Part shown: positions 46,901 to 47,924 of the stretch, in pieces
How positions within the stretch are numbered: position 1 is the stretch's first letter
Layout: each line of letters begins with the position of its first letter
Origin: an uncultured Fibrobacterales bacterium
GTDB taxonomy: Bacteria > Fibrobacterota > Fibrobacteria > Fibrobacterales > CAWVXU01
Assembly: GCA_963934255.1 (NCBI GenBank)
Contig: CAWVXU010000010.1
Coordinates: 1 to 47,924, forward strand
Direction of reading: 5' to 3'
DNA length: 47,924 bases
Notes under the pieces: model-generated
What the model was told of the DNA's origin: nothing
Databases searched by the model: none
The model's input: only the letters and a program-made list of their open reading frames with translations
Program-made: the position numbers and the translations under genes

Positions 46901-47924
46901 AGTCATTGTCCAAATGCCCAACAACCCCGGTGATGTCATCATGGCAATGCAGGCTATTCAAAGCTCTTGGCTCCCAAACATAGAAGCTGATGAAATTGAA
47001 ATTCATTATATTGTTGACGAAGAATGTGCTTCACTTGTTGAGGGCTCATCGCTTTTCTCGAGGATTTTTATCCAACCAAGGTCTTTTATAGCCAATACAT
47101 GGAGTCAATCAAGCTTAAATGACTCAGCGATACCAATTTGTGAGAACATCTTATCCAATTTTATTCAAGAGATTCAAACAACTCAATATGACCTCGCCGT
47201 TAATTTATACCAAGGTAAGTCAGGTCCTATTATTCAAGCGCTCCTCAAATCGGACCTTAAACGCGGACCTAGATTTTCCGAAGAGTCAAATGTGCTAGTA
47301 GAAGACGACTGGTCAGCATATTTGCACTCTATTCCAGCCAATCGTCAAGCTAACACATTTCACACTGTTGATTTATACAGAAGAATTCTAAGACCCGCAT
47401 TATTTGAGCAAACTCAACTACCACCTCAAGGCCCCTCTCTCTTAAAATTACCCCCCTATCCTTCCTTTGAATGGAACAACGAGTTTATTGCTATTCAAAT
47501 GGGGAGTGCTTGGCCTGGTAAAAAATGGAATGAAAATACTTGGGCTAAATTAGTGGGCTTCCTACTAGCTGATTTCACTTTTGATATCATATTGATAGGT
47601 GCACCTCAAGAGAAGTTAGAAAGCCAAGCCCTCGCTAATATTAATCCGCGTATACATAACTTATGTGGATCTACCAGTTTAATTGGAGTCGCCGGAATTT
47701 TAGAGAAAGCACAATTATTAATCTGTCCAGACACTTTTGCCATGCACTTGGCTGCTGCAATTCAATGCCCTATATTTGCTTTATTTGGACCAAGTAACCC
47801 TGTGGAGACCGGGCCTTGGGCAGAAAATTGCTTCGTAGCCAACTCATTAAAAGCTAAAGAAGAAAATTTTGATTTCTTAGGCCTTGAAACCATGAAAAAG
47901 ATTTATCCCGTTGAAGTCTTTCCT
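46884..47924 (+). CDS. Glycosyltransferase family 9 (LPS heptosyltransferase-like), truncated by window end
   Basis: MDSKLKVIVQMPNNPGDVIMA; GSAWPGKKW; DTFAMHLAAA.....ALFGPSNP..TGPW in the same frame. Confidence 0.9.
   Translation, partial: MDSKLKVIVQMPNNPGDVIMAMQAIQSSWLPNIEADEIEIHYIVDEECASLVEGSSLFSRIFIQPRSFIANTWSQSSLNDSAIPICENILSNFIQEIQTTQYDLAVNLYQGKSGPIIQALLKSDLKRGPRFSEESNVLVEDDWSAYLHSIPANRQANTFHTVDLYRRILRPALFEQTQLPPQGPSLLKLPPYPSFEWNNEFIAIQMGSAWPGKKWNENTWAKLVGFLLADFTFDIILIGAPQEKLESQALANINPRIHNLCGSTSLIGVAGILEKAQLLICPDTFAMHLAAAIQCPIFALFGPSNPVETGPWAENCFVANSLKAKEENFDFLGLETMKKIYPVEVFP

Overview
AT-rich bacterial chromosomal segment with no rRNA, tRNA, CRISPR array, integrase or transposase recognised. 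The lineage is plausibly Fibrobacterota: inferred from a Fibrobacter-type LexA box before recA, and not proven. Most genes are housekeeping: cyclophilin, lepA, chorismate mutase-tyrA-aroA-like-nadK-recN-pgsA, mgtE-dnaG, cinA-recA, system II cytochrome c biogenesis (resB/ccsA), trxB, Bpt/Ate transferase, dtd, tsaB-rimI, ddl, glyQS and a GT9 running off the right edge. The main accessory element is a minus-strand operon (15255-10596) with the order and motifs of a divergent Zorya type III system (ZorF-like, ZorA, ZorB, ZorG-like). It has a translationally coupled HAD hydrolase and a divergent GAF-HTH regulator that lacks its AAA+ domain. Also notable: (i) several intact ORFs that appear to have lost catalytic residues (AroA-like, LepB-like, GH2, N-terminal PgsA repeat); (ii) a MoxR ATPase with an uncharacterised 617-aa partner; (iii) a candidate ~150-nt promoter-to-terminator RNA downstream of recA; (iv) a recurring leaderless-mRNA signature; (v) a probable homopolymer frameshift in a histone-H1-like gene. 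All family calls come from manual motif recognition, not database searches.
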